The translations under genes and the position numbers were made by a program. Below are positions 1 to 9,651 of a stretch of 64,000 nt of DNA, in pieces. Every line of letters begins with the position of its first letter. The stretch's first letter is position 1. The notes below the pieces were generated by a model, which saw nothing but the letters and a program-made list of their open reading frames with translations, made no database searches and was not told the origin of the DNA. The stretch is taken from the sequence record MW812342.1. The stretch is one strand, 5' to 3'.

Positions 1-8
1 TGACAGAA

Positions 9-314
9 ATGAACGAGTATGAAATGAATGAATCGCTGGAGCGATACTTTCGTGAGATTACGGGGAAAGAAGAAGTGCCAGTCATGGTACTGCTGACGCG
101 GGAGAACGGTGACCCTCGCAATACGGCGTTGCGTGGTATCGCACTGTACGATGGGGTGAAGCATAACTTCCTTCGCCTGACGCCACAACAGGCGAGACAG
201 GCAATGGTGAAGGCTGACCTCACGAAAGGCCAATCGGTGATTCGTGAGTCCCACTACATGACAGTGGTTCGCAGTAAGACGCTGCGCAGTGGAACGGTTT
301 ACGAACCGTTCTAA
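9..314 (+). CDS. hypothetical phage protein
   Basis: 101-aa ORF followed by a UUCG terminator. Confidence 0.6.
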   Translation: MNEYEMNESLERYFREITGKEEVPVMVLLTRENGDPRNTALRGIALYDGVKHNFLRLTPQQARQAMVKADLTKGQSVIRESHYMTVVRSKTLRSGTVYEPF

Positions 315-320
315 AAAGTG

Positions 321-348
321 GGGAGCTTCGGCTCCCTGTTTTTTTTTT
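321..348 (+). terminator. Rho-independent terminator
   Basis: GGGAGC-TTCG-GCTCCC stem-loop followed by a long T run. Confidence 0.85.
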
Positions 349-416
349 GCGTTTGCGTTCAGTGATATGTATAAGCACAAGCAATGGCCACCATGTGGAC
401 GGCCTGAGGGGATGAA

Positions 417-1943
417 ATGCAACAGTATTTCGAAGTGCCGTCACTTGATGTGACCATCCGCAAGGCGGTTATTGACGGCATCGTCTATCGATTATTAAAT
501 GAATCGGGGATGGACAAAGCAGACGCAGTCTTCTTAGACGCATTCAATACTGCCCACCAACCCGGTTCGACACTCGGCGATGAAACGGACGTTGAGTATG
601 CTTCAACGGATCGCGTCTATGTCGAGGTGAATGAAGAACGTGACGAAATGGCCCGTATCAACCGTGGCGTGGGTCTGGGTATCGAACTGCCGTTCTTCCA
701 CGACGAAGTCAACCAGATTAAAGCGTGGCCGATTCGCACCAAGTATAAAGTCTCCATTACGTTCCGCCGTAACGCCAAGTCCGAGGACGAGTTGCTACGC
801 TGGACGAACCGGTTGAATTCGTTACTCGACATGGGCCGCTACTCGCTTGTGACCGAGTCCGAAGCGTACTTCGTGATTCCCAAGCCGCTGTTTAACCTGT
901 TGAATGCCTGTTGGGTCGCCTCCGAAACCCGCGTGCCCATGTACCCAACTTTTAAAGAGTATCTGGCTGCTAACTTCGAAGAGTCGGTCGGGGTGGTGGC
1001 CAACGACAGCGGGGGTCAACAGACGTTAATGGTGCGCTACTCACCAACCCGTGTGGAGATGGTGTATGACGTCAATCCGCCATCGTGGGACAAGGACGAG
1101 AACCATTACGAAGCGACGATGACCGCCAACTTCGAATACGACCGCCCAGAAGAAGTCGGATGCGTCTATCCGTACATCATCAACCAAACCCCGTTGCCGG
1201 ACGCGTACTTCCCTCAAATCGATCCGCCGTGGATGGAGAACGAGGACGGTGTGGCCCGCAGCGACATTCAGACGTCGTTCGATGGGACGTGGTGGCAGAA
1301 TGAACGACGGGAATTAATTCGCCTGCCGTACCTGCTCTGCCCGCCGGAGCAACTTCACCGTATTCACTCGCCACTGGAAGCCAAACTTCTGCGGATGTTT
1401 GGTACTGATGTCTGTTTCGGCGAAGAGAACATGTCTAATCCGGTGGTGATGTCAACGTCTGATTTGCCGTACGAGTGGAACCCGGTGCTGCTTCCGTATA
1501 TCGAGCACTGCCGACTTATTGACCCGACCGGGATGACGGGTGTGTTCCGTACCGAACTCTTTGAGAACGGCTTGCGTGTGGAGCCGCGCCTGTATCACTG
1601 GCAAGACGATGAATTCTCCCTGACCCGTGAGATGGATGTACACAAAGCGTACTTCCTGACGGAGTCCGTCATTTACGATTGGCGTGGGTTGGATTTATGG
1701 CCACTCCAGAAATACCCGAAGGCGGCTGAACTGCTCATCAAATGGTTGTTCCCCAATCTGGACTTCCCGGAATACTGGTGGGACTTACCGACCCTTCCGC
1801 CAAGTGCGTGGGAGGAGATTGAAGAGAAAACCACCAACGACGAAACCGGGAAAGGCACTAACCGCAAACATTTGCTGCTGACTGTCTTTAACACCACCAT
1901 CATTGCGATACGAGGTACTTCGAATGCTGCAAGCGAAGGGTAA
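417..1943 (+). CDS. phiKZ-like virion structural protein (probable tail/baseplate)
   Basis: 508-aa ORF heading a coupled run of large ORFs; size, composition and context resemble Chimalliviridae structural genes; exact orthologue not assigned. Confidence 0.5.
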   Translation: MQQYFEVPSLDVTIRKAVIDGIVYRLLNESGMDKADAVFLDAFNTAHQPGSTLGDETDVEYASTDRVYVEVNEERDEMARINRGVGLGIELPFFHDEVNQIKAWPIRTKYKVSITFRRNAKSEDELLRWTNRLNSLLDMGRYSLVTESEAYFVIPKPLFNLLNACWVASETRVPMYPTFKEYLAANFEESVGVVANDSGGQQTLMVRYSPTRVEMVYDVNPPSWDKDENHYEATMTANFEYDRPEEVGCVYPYIINQTPLPDAYFPQIDPPWMENEDGVARSDIQTSFDGTWWQNERRELIRLPYLLCPPEQLHRIHSPLEAKLLRMFGTDVCFGEENMSNPVVMSTSDLPYEWNPVLLPYIEHCRLIDPTGMTGVFRTELFENGLRVEPRLYHWQDDEFSLTREMDVHKAYFLTESVIYDWRGLDLWPLQKYPKAAELLIKWLFPNLDFPEYWWDLPTLPPSAWEEIEEKTTNDETGKGTNRKHLLLTVFNTTIIAIRGTSNAASEG

Positions 1944-3255
1944 GGGTAAAACCACATTCGAGCCGGTGAAGACGGAGCCCGAATACCTGAACCAAGCTCA
2001 GGACGGTGTCAAGGAAAAAACCAACATCGTCACAGAGCCCACCAGAACCACGGTGGTCGATTTAGACCGTACGCCTGCCGTTAACCTGCTTCCTGTTGTA
2101 GAAGGCTCCTCGTGGCCGCTGTTGGCGTATTATCGCCGGTTAATGGGCAAGAACGACCCGAAGATGTTGTTTGACCCGAAACAGGACACGCCGGTTCAGC
2201 AATACGACTGCATCCACTATCTGGAGTTGCGCGTTAACAGTCCGCTGTCCCGCGACCAAGACGGCGGCAACAAAACCTTCACGATGTCAGGCAGTGCCAC
2301 CATGGCCACGTCTGTGGTGCCCAACGAAAACGATATCTTCACGGCTTCTCTCGGGGACAACCGTGTCGGTATCTTTAACGTGACCAGCACCCTGCGTAAC
2401 TCGAACAATAAGGTGGCCACGTACACCATCGAGTACACCCTGCTCTTTGAAATGACGCCTACGCACAAAGCCATTCTGGACAAGTGTACCGCGCATGAGT
2501 ATTACTACGTCAAAGAGCGGGCGTTCACCGGCGGTGACACACTACTGACCCCGAACGAGTATAACATGTTCCTCGCACTGGGCGAGCATGTTAAGGCCAT
2601 TGAAGAGACTTACCTGCGCCGCTTCTTCAATGAAGATGCCCAGACCATTCTCTTCCCGGATGACCGGTACGGGTATGCCTACGATGTCTTCCTCGCCCAA
2701 TTCGTTCGTGACATTGGTCTACGGATGGTAGGTAAAGATGTGCGCATCTACCCACACCCCACTAAACCGATTCGGGACATCGAAACGTTGTTCACGGTCA
2801 TCATCGCCCAACAGCCGCTGTTCCTGCAAGACGTCAATCGCAAGAACAAAGGTTTGTCGGTGCGCTCGTTCCGTACCATGCAGACGTACAACAACGTGGG
2901 CTGGTCAAAGATTGCCGTTACCCGGTATTTCTCAGACGATGCCCCACTGCGACAGATGCCCGCGGATTGGCCGAAGTTCGTTGACTTCACGAGCGACGAA
3001 GTGGTGTTGGAAGGGACGAACGAAACGCTGCCGGGTTTCCTGCCGTTAACGTACACCCCGTATCTGTTGACCGACGTGTTCTATAACGGGGGTTACAGCT
3101 CCGGGCTGGAGTATGCGTTGCAGCAATACCTGAACAAGCAACCGCTTTCTACAAAGCTGGCGCTGGATTTGGCAAAGCAGGTCCACAAACTGCCGAAGAC
3201 TGCGCAACTCTATTACGTACCGCTGATGTACGTATTGTTGAAATACGCGAGGTAA
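1924..3255 (+). CDS. phiKZ-like virion structural protein
   Basis: ORF track starts at 1903; ATG at 1924 follows a GAGGT RBS; overlaps upstream stop; beta-rich N-terminal half. Confidence 0.5.
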   Translation: MLQAKGKGKTTFEPVKTEPEYLNQAQDGVKEKTNIVTEPTRTTVVDLDRTPAVNLLPVVEGSSWPLLAYYRRLMGKNDPKMLFDPKQDTPVQQYDCIHYLELRVNSPLSRDQDGGNKTFTMSGSATMATSVVPNENDIFTASLGDNRVGIFNVTSTLRNSNNKVATYTIEYTLLFEMTPTHKAILDKCTAHEYYYVKERAFTGGDTLLTPNEYNMFLALGEHVKAIEETYLRRFFNEDAQTILFPDDRYGYAYDVFLAQFVRDIGLRMVGKDVRIYPHPTKPIRDIETLFTVIIAQQPLFLQDVNRKNKGLSVRSFRTMQTYNNVGWSKIAVTRYFSDDAPLRQMPADWPKFVDFTSDEVVLEGTNETLPGFLPLTYTPYLLTDVFYNGGYSSGLEYALQQYLNKQPLSTKLALDLAKQVHKLPKTAQLYYVPLMYVLLKYAR

Positions 3256-3258
3256 GGC

Positions 3259-3801
3259 ATGAGCACGCAGAACAAGACTGCGGCATTCCACCTGTTCCAT
3301 TCGTGGGTCGGGTGGCGTATCCCGGAGTATTCTACCCTGACCGCGTATGCGACGCAGGAGTATGGTTTGTTTCTTCCTGAGGACAAACAGAAAGCCCGCG
3401 CTATCCTGTTGAACAAAAAGTTCGTGATGTACCGCCCCTTCGAGATTGCCCAGTATCTGGCAACCGGGGGTGCGTTGGACATTAACGATCCGCAAGATGG
3501 GATTAAAGTGTATGGCTGGATAATGGAGCACTTGGCGAACTGGATTAAACATATCGAGACGCCACAGCTGATTCCAAAACCTATCCCCATTGTGGGACTG
3601 CGTGAATTCAACGTGCTCGCCAACAAACTCTTCCCCGTGGCAAACCGTTATGGTTACTTCAAAAAACCCGAAGCGACGATGGCGGATGCTGTGGCCTCGT
3701 TGTTCGGGGAAGTGAAGTTAACGCAGCAACAACACCGGTTTAATGATACGCTGATTAAGCGCATCGAAGCCGGGTACCGTAAACGCGGAGGTAAACGGTA
3801 A
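3259..3801 (+). CDS. conserved hypothetical jumbo-phage protein
   Basis: 180-aa ORF coupled to neighbours (3-bp gap upstream, TAATG overlap downstream). Confidence 0.55.
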   Translation: MSTQNKTAAFHLFHSWVGWRIPEYSTLTAYATQEYGLFLPEDKQKARAILLNKKFVMYRPFEIAQYLATGGALDINDPQDGIKVYGWIMEHLANWIKHIETPQLIPKPIPIVGLREFNVLANKLFPVANRYGYFKKPEATMADAVASLFGEVKLTQQQHRFNDTLIKRIEAGYRKRGGKR

Positions 3802-5105
3802 TGGCCTATGGTCGCTTTCAACAGATTGTAAACTATCACATCGCGCAAGCGGCCGGATTGCCTCCCGTCGAGTACAACGCGGTGGTCACCGTGAAAGGGA
3901 TTCCCCTGACGGTGATTCGTGTTCACTCCCTGATACACTCCGGGAACTTCTTCGAAGACATCACGACCCTCACCCATCTAACTTTGGTGGTACCGTTCTC
4001 GCAGATGCGTATTGCGACCGCCAACGCTGACGGGGATTTGAAGGTGCAGATTACGTTGCGTAGCGCTAACCGCTTGCTCGGTACCTATGCCTATCGCGGC
4101 ATCGTGGTCAGCAACCGTGACCCGGACATGGAATCCCAAACCATGTTCTCCGGGCAGTCGGATGAGAAATCGATCGCGTTTGTTACGTTTGAGCTGATGG
4201 ATGAGTCCATTTGGTTCTTGCGTTTGCGCAACGTGAAAGTGCGTCATCAGGAAACGGATGCCCTCACCGTCGCCCGTGCGATTCTGGCCGATACACTCCC
4301 GGCATCTTCTAACGAAGGTGAAGTTTTGTCGCTTTCCTACGAGAAAGAAGACCAGCAGCTTTACCGTAACATCATTCTGCCGGACAGCACGACGTTTCTG
4401 GAAGTGTTTGATAAGTTGCAGGAACGTTACGGTATTTACAGCAAAGGCTTGGGTGTCTACCAACACCTTCGTCGCTGGTACCTTTACCAGTTGTGGGACG
4501 AGGAGAAATTCAACACGGCAACCGAGAAGGTGGTCATCTATAACCTGCCGCGTGAAAAGGCAGCCCAGATAGACAAGACCATCCATATCACGCCGGGTGT
4601 CCTGTACCTGATTACGGGCGGTGATACCACAACCGTCGTGAAGACCGACGAGAATGCCCTTAACCACGGGACAGGTTATCGCGTCGGTTCAATCCGTGCG
4701 CTGGATAACCGTGCGTCGTCGTTTACGCCAGGTGGCGTCAGTATGACCACGCCAGACAAGTTCGTTTCACAAGCCAACCCTGTGGACTACGCCGGGAAGG
4801 TGACGAACGCCCCGGTCGCCAAACAAGGTTTTACCGACAACGACAAACCGCTGCGGGCGAAACTTGCCCGTTCAACCGGTACCTTTGTCAAGGTGACATG
4901 GAACCGTGCGGCCCACGGCCTTATTAAACCGGGGATGGCGGTGAAGTATGTCTATGCCAACGAGTACGGCATTTATAGCCGCTACGGCACCGTTGTGGGG
5001 GAAGTCTTCCAAGCGGGTCTGGATGGGGGGTCGATTGCGACCGCGAACCACAATACCCAATCAGAACTTACTCTCTGGTTAGGGAAACAAAAAAATACAG
5101 CATAA
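3801..5105 (+). CDS. phiKZ-like virion structural protein (baseplate hub-like)
   Basis: 434 aa, beta-rich, in structural operon; function inferred from context. Confidence 0.45.
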   Translation: MAYGRFQQIVNYHIAQAAGLPPVEYNAVVTVKGIPLTVIRVHSLIHSGNFFEDITTLTHLTLVVPFSQMRIATANADGDLKVQITLRSANRLLGTYAYRGIVVSNRDPDMESQTMFSGQSDEKSIAFVTFELMDESIWFLRLRNVKVRHQETDALTVARAILADTLPASSNEGEVLSLSYEKEDQQLYRNIILPDSTTFLEVFDKLQERYGIYSKGLGVYQHLRRWYLYQLWDEEKFNTATEKVVIYNLPREKAAQIDKTIHITPGVLYLITGGDTTTVVKTDENALNHGTGYRVGSIRALDNRASSFTPGGVSMTTPDKFVSQANPVDYAGKVTNAPVAKQGFTDNDKPLRAKLARSTGTFVKVTWNRAAHGLIKPGMAVKYVYANEYGIYSRYGTVVGEVFQAGLDGGSIATANHNTQSELTLWLGKQKNTA

Positions 5106-5142
5106 AGCCGTTCTATGCTAACGTAACCATAAGGACTTTGTA

Positions 5143-5940
5143 ATGAACTCAGTTTACGCCCTCCGCCTACCTGGTCAACTTATCCAGGAGATTGAAGCCC
5201 ACGAACAGAAAAACTTTAGCCGTCCGTCGAACCTTTGGGATCGTATCGTTAAAGTTTTACCGCGTGACGGCGAAATCGCACTGTTGTACGTCATGGCGTC
5301 CAGCCTTGATGCCAACGTGGCTATCATTTATACCCAAAATGGTGTGGAGCAATGTCGTCAGCTGCCGATTAGTGAAAAGGGCTCACTGGGCCAACTGCTG
5401 TTCCTGCACTGCATGACCACCCTCCCGGTCTGGTCTGCGCTGCGCGGTCAGTACGATTTCGAGTACATCTACTTCTACGGCCAGAAGCTGTCCAACGACA
5501 TCATCGTTGGCGACCAGTCGACCTACCCGCGTTATGTTGAACGTATCACCCCGCAGGACACCGTCGATGCCGGTGACTACGAATTCAACATGTTCCGCTT
5601 CCAGATGGTCGGCGAATCCCGTGACCCACAGAACACCGTGGCGATTCGCGCTGCGATTCGTTGCGTGGCTCGCTCGACTACCCGTGAGCTGTCTACCAAC
5701 ATCAACGAAATCTTCCCGGTGCTGCAATACGGCCCACTGATCACCTTCAACTCCTACGTGCCGTTCCCGTGCCAGATTCTGACGCCGTACGACAACGAGT
5801 GTACGCTCGGTGCGGCGAAAGAGTACGGCCTGCATGCGCAGGATGCGGTGATTGCTATCAGCGATGAGCGCATTGTTATCCACGCCCTGCAAGGTGTTCA
5901 GGTCATGGATGTGCCGCCGATGACCGTGATGGGGCAATAA
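5143..5940 (+). CDS. hypothetical protein
   Basis: 265-aa ORF with AAGGA RBS and strong codon bias; terminator follows. Confidence 0.7.
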   Translation: MNSVYALRLPGQLIQEIEAHEQKNFSRPSNLWDRIVKVLPRDGEIALLYVMASSLDANVAIIYTQNGVEQCRQLPISEKGSLGQLLFLHCMTTLPVWSALRGQYDFEYIYFYGQKLSNDIIVGDQSTYPRYVERITPQDTVDAGDYEFNMFRFQMVGESRDPQNTVAIRAAIRCVARSTTRELSTNINEIFPVLQYGPLITFNSYVPFPCQILTPYDNECTLGAAKEYGLHAQDAVIAISDERIVIHALQGVQVMDVPPMTVMGQ

Positions 5941-5949
5941 AGGATAAGT

Positions 5950-5990
5950 AGCTGACCTCCTTGTGGGGTCAGCTCTTTCTATTTCTTTCT
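5950..5990 (+). terminator. Rho-independent terminator
   Basis: AGCTGACC...GGTCAGCT stem followed by T-rich tail. Confidence 0.7.
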
Positions 5991-6088
5991 CTAAACGCAG
6001 AAACGCCACGGTAACACCATTTATCGTTTATTGTAATAAAACCGTTCTCCGTGCGTTACAGAGCGTTTAAACGCCATTTCTAGCCAAG

Positions 6089-6149
6089 TCGTAGTAAAAA
6101 TAATCTCAGATATATATTACCTAGGTGAGAGTTGTACAATAATCCTTAA
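6089..6149 (+). promoter_or_regulatory. putative early (virion RNAP) promoter, copy 1
   Basis: A-tract, then CTCAGATATATATTACCTAGGTGAGAG containing TATATTAC (phiKZ early consensus); near-identical to 53577-53641. Confidence 0.75.
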
Positions 6150-6173
6150 CTAATTACATATCTGGAGATACCT

Positions 6174-6353
6174 ATGAATACTTTAGAACGTATGGCCGCT
6201 GCACGCAAAGCTCGTATGACTGAAAACAATCCAAACGGGTATCAGTCAGAACAACTTCGTCGCTCTGATGAAGCGTTGACCCGCAGCATTAACGAAGGCA
6301 AGAAAGCTGATGCAACACTTGCTGACGCCATGGCTCGCCTGAACAAATTCTAA
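6174..6353 (+). CDS. small early protein, 59 aa (not in ORF track)
   Basis: Manual translation MNTLERMAAARKARMTENNP...MARLNKF; GGAG RBS; directly downstream of early promoter motif. Confidence 0.75.
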   Translation: MNTLERMAAARKARMTENNPNGYQSEQLRRSDEALTRSINEGKKADATLADAMARLNKF

Positions 6354-6389
6354 TTCTACCTTTTCCAATCGACTATCGAGGACTACACC

Positions 6390-6527
6390 ATGTTCAAACA
6401 CAAACGCGCTATCCTGACCATTGCTGCCATCGTGACTTTCGGTTCACTGTACTTATCGGTTTCTACTGATTACGACACTTGCCGCGCTAATGGAAACTCC
6501 ATTAGTCAATGCACTGGTCGTGGTTAA
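6390..6527 (+). CDS. small membrane/secreted peptide, 45 aa (not in ORF track)
   Basis: MFKHKRAILTIAAIVTFGSLYLSVSTDYDTCRANGNSISQCTGRG; GAGGA RBS; basic N-terminus, hydrophobic stretch and a Cys pair. Confidence 0.7.
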   Translation: MFKHKRAILTIAAIVTFGSLYLSVSTDYDTCRANGNSISQCTGRG

Positions 6528-6533
6528 TCTAAC

Positions 6534-6562
6534 AGGTAGCCTTCGGGCTACCTTAATTTTTT
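6534..6562 (+). terminator. Rho-independent terminator
   Basis: AGGTAGCC-TTCG-GGCTACCT followed by T-rich tail. Confidence 0.85.
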
Positions 6563-6583
6563 GTTTACACAAGGACTATCAAG

Positions 6584-7300
6584 ATGACCCTGTTACTCAA
6601 TCGCTTCGACCTGTCACCCCGCTACCCAACGTTACGCCACGACCCTAAGCTGATTGCCGAAGTGGAAGACATTCGCTTGGCAGTATCTGAAGACCCGAAC
6701 GGCGAAGACAAAGTGTTCGTGGTCATTTATAAAGGTCAGGTTATCTCGGGCGTCTCGTTCAGCAAACCCGGCTACCCCCGCGACGAAGACAACCACCGCG
6801 AACAGCGTAACGCGGCATACACCGCCCTGAGCTACGCATCATCCTACCTGATGGCTGCCACGCCTATCTTCGCAGAGCGTGCCGTGCTGGTCGGCCACAT
6901 GGTCGCCTTGTACACCCTGACCAACATGGACGATTTCTACAACGACGATCGCATCACGCAACGCCTGCAAGAAGACCCACGCAAGGCCCATAACGCCTCT
7001 GACTGTAAACTCGATGCACTGGCGCTGCTGTCTGAGCTGTACCATGTTTGTCCGACCTTTGACAACAACGGCATTGTTGCCCAGTACGAAAATGTCAAAC
7101 TCAACGTGCTGACGTTGTGGGGTATCGAAAAGATTCGCTACAAGCTGACTGCCAAAGGCGGTACGTACGAACTGTCGGCTTATGTCGATGTCGGTTTCGA
7201 AGAAGACAGCCGTGACACGGTTGACAATTTTATGTCGCAGTTTGAGTTCCCGCTGCAATCCATTCCTGTTGATAAGAAAGAAGAAGGAGAAGACGAATAA
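6584..7300 (+). CDS. hypothetical protein
   Basis: 238-aa ORF with AAGGA RBS and acidic C-terminus. Confidence 0.7.
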   Translation: MTLLLNRFDLSPRYPTLRHDPKLIAEVEDIRLAVSEDPNGEDKVFVVIYKGQVISGVSFSKPGYPRDEDNHREQRNAAYTALSYASSYLMAATPIFAERAVLVGHMVALYTLTNMDDFYNDDRITQRLQEDPRKAHNASDCKLDALALLSELYHVCPTFDNNGIVAQYENVKLNVLTLWGIEKIRYKLTAKGGTYELSAYVDVGFEEDSRDTVDNFMSQFEFPLQSIPVDKKEEGEDE

Positions 7301-7692
7301 TGCGAAAGAGTCGTCTGTTACTGGCGTTAAAGTTTTTGTTTAAAGGTAACATTTTTAAGTGTCGTCACCGTATGGGTCGCGTGAAAGATTTCCTGTACGG
7401 CCAAAAGAAATACCACCTCACAGAGCCGCGTTGCCTGTGGGATGAGACACTCGACCACAAGTTCCGTGTGGTACGCTACCGCAGGGTATACTGCTGGTAC
7501 GGAAGACTCTACTCACCGTTTCGTCGGACTCACCACAAAGGTCTGGAGCTGGAAAACGGGGTCATCGTCCCCCATGAAACTATCGGCGATTATCTGACCG
7601 CCCTGAAAAAGGCTGATGAAGTGTTTCCCCAATTAGTCGCGAACCTGAGAAAAGCGACCGACGAGTTGTGTGATTCACGCATGGAAGCCTAG
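7300..7692 (+). CDS. hypothetical protein
   Basis: 130-aa basic ORF with TAATG coupling. Confidence 0.65.
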   Translation: MRKSRLLLALKFLFKGNIFKCRHRMGRVKDFLYGQKKYHLTEPRCLWDETLDHKFRVVRYRRVYCWYGRLYSPFRRTHHKGLELENGVIVPHETIGDYLTALKKADEVFPQLVANLRKATDELCDSRMEA

Positions 7693-7696
7693 CCGT

Positions 7697-7736
7697 ACCC
7701 CCAACTTCTTCGGAGGTTGGGGTCTTTATTTATTTT
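7697..7736 (+). terminator. Rho-independent terminator
   Basis: CCCCAACTTC-TTCG-GAGGTTGGGG stem-loop plus T-rich tail. Confidence 0.8.
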
Positions 7737-7806
7737 CGCAAAGAAAATAAAAGTCGGTTACTCCCCACGCACGGGGAGTAACCTTAATCACATTGGAGTA
7801 AGCAAC

Positions 7807-7950
7807 ATGAAGAACTTTCTTAACCAGCTCAAGGCACAACAGAAAAGCTCTGAGCAATTAAAGCAACGTATTGCAGAGATACAACGTGCCCCTGCGCCAC
7901 GCACACGCCTTAACGGGTTAGGGGGTGACATACTGTTTGTTAAACGATAA
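7807..7950 (+). CDS. small hypothetical protein, 47 aa
   Basis: ATG at 7807 after a GGAG RBS (ORF track extends it to 7717 through the terminator, which is unlikely). Confidence 0.6.
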   Translation: MKNFLNQLKAQQKSSEQLKQRIAEIQRAPAPRTRLNGLGGDILFVKR

Positions 7951-7967
7951 TTGATAGGATAACCAAC

Positions 7968-8074
7968 CTAGCCGGTGTTACAGCACCGGCTAGTTTTCCC
8001 ACCATAGTAAGACGCTTATTTTTTTTGTCTCGGCAGGACACATAACTGTCCCTGCTGGAGACCGAAGTCTCCAG
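7968..8074. terminator. multi-hairpin region between convergent genes
   Basis: Perfect CTAGCCGGTG/CACCGGCTAG stem (7968-7993) and CTGGAGAC-cgaa-GTCTCCAG (8055-8074; TTCG loop on minus strand). Confidence 0.6.
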
Positions 8075-8085
8075 CTGAGGTAGGC

Positions 8086-9651
8086 TCAGAATAAATCGTC
8101 GCCCATACCACCGGTAAAGTGGTTGATAGAGGATGCCGTCACGGTCATCTCTTTGTCGCAATCCCAAGGCAGGATGCCAACGTCTGCAAACGGTATAACA
8201 GTGTAATGATGTTTCTCATTGGTGTCGATAATGGTACGGTGTTTACCACGTTGTACTTCTAAGAAGCTGTGACCGTTGACCACACGCTTGTTGAAGTACA
8301 CCTCACCATCGGCTTCGTTATCCAGACTCGTACAGTTGTCGTACAGGCCACGACCGGGCAAGTTCTTACAGAAGCCAACCGGGTCTACCGCTTTCAGACG
8401 TTTCCCTTCTGGAGAAATCTGGTGCGGTGCTAACAGGAAACCGTGGTTACGCACGACCTGAATGTTTCGGGCCATGCGGTAAATCTCTTTGATGTCACTG
8501 CCTGCAATCCCGTTACCGTGACCCGCTTTGTTGATGGTGCCCAAGTAATCGGCACGAATCCCAACAACGTGGAAGCCATCGTTTTTGTAACCGGAGATAA
8601 GGTCATTCAGGTAATGCACTTTAAAGTCGGTGTTCGTGTGTTTCTCAAACGAGTATTCCCACCCGTTTGCACGAATCTTGCCAATCAGGTAATCCGCCAT
8701 GGATTGAACATGGGCGGCACGTTCTTCATCGGTGGCCGTTTCAGGCAGAGTCATTGTCGGCGCAACACCTTCAAAGTGACCGTAGATAGCCTGATAAGCG
8801 TAAGCGATGTTCACGTCCAGTTCGTTCTCAAGGCTCAAGTCCAGAATAAGTGGAGCCAGATTCCCCTTCACGTTCGCCATCACTTTTTCCGGTGTGTTAA
8901 ACAGCGGAACAGAGATAGCGGTCAACAGACTAAACAGAGACTTACAGTTAAACGGCAGCGCTGGCATGAGCCACAATTCTTCGGTAATCCCTTTGTTACA
9001 CCCCATCATTTGATTGATGGCTTTCCAACCGGTCTTCAAACCGTTACCGGCAACCTTACGGTTAATGTCACTGAACGTCTTCACAAACGGTGCACGATCG
9101 GTGGTGATCAGCTTGTTCACCTGTGAAGGAATCTTATTATGAGAACGTTCGCCGAACGTGGCCATTGATCCCGTCAGATCTTTCAGCGCAGTCTGGAGGT
9201 CAACGCGGGTTTCTGTTCCGTTCAACACGCCGAGTGTACGACCAAGGTATTGCTTTAACTGCACGCCTTGGATTGCCTGACGCAATTGGAAATAATATTG
9301 GGAGAGGGTTTTGTTCAGATAGTCGATACGTTCTTCTTCGACTTCCGGCAATTCCTCAGCATCCATGAATTTCACAATCACATCGTATAGAGGGCGTGTT
9401 TGCGTGGTTGCCAGTTTCAAGCGCTTCATGACATTGGTGTGGTTGTAATCCATACCACCGTCGATGACTGATGTTATAATGTCTTTGATTTCAGCTAATG
9501 CCGAGCGCTCGTCACCTTCTTCGACGTAATCGGGGAGCTTGACCTCGTGGAGCACTTTTCTTATGACGTCATGATCTTTATCGGGCTCAGACAGAAGGCT
9601 CTCTGCGTATAAGGCGGCTAAGGCTGTTATCAACATCATTTTACTATTCAT
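8086..9651 (-). CDS. dnaB: DnaB-like replicative helicase (phiKZ gp118-like)
   Basis: GLKTGWKAINQMMG, variant Walker A ALPFNCKS, LSLENE, Walker B-like IRADY, LAPHQIS and RGKHR motifs; divergent from the MCP cluster as in phiKZ-like phages. Confidence 0.85.
   Translation of the reverse strand: MNSKMMLITALAALYAESLLSEPDKDHDVIRKVLHEVKLPDYVEEGDERSALAEIKDIITSVIDGGMDYNHTNVMKRLKLATTQTRPLYDVIVKFMDAEELPEVEEERIDYLNKTLSQYYFQLRQAIQGVQLKQYLGRTLGVLNGTETRVDLQTALKDLTGSMATFGERSHNKIPSQVNKLITTDRAPFVKTFSDINRKVAGNGLKTGWKAINQMMGCNKGITEELWLMPALPFNCKSLFSLLTAISVPLFNTPEKVMANVKGNLAPLILDLSLENELDVNIAYAYQAIYGHFEGVAPTMTLPETATDEERAAHVQSMADYLIGKIRANGWEYSFEKHTNTDFKVHYLNDLISGYKNDGFHVVGIRADYLGTINKAGHGNGIAGSDIKEIYRMARNIQVVRNHGFLLAPHQISPEGKRLKAVDPVGFCKNLPGRGLYDNCTSLDNEADGEVYFNKRVVNGHSFLEVQRGKHRTIIDTNEKHHYTVIPFADVGILPWDCDKEMTVTASSINHFTGGMGDDLF

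Noticed and set aside
8086-9651. Non-canonical Walker A (ALPFNCKS) suggesting an inactive helicase
   Set aside because: From recall, phiKZ-family DnaB helicases share such a variant P-loop; other motifs are intact, so it is not treated as novel.
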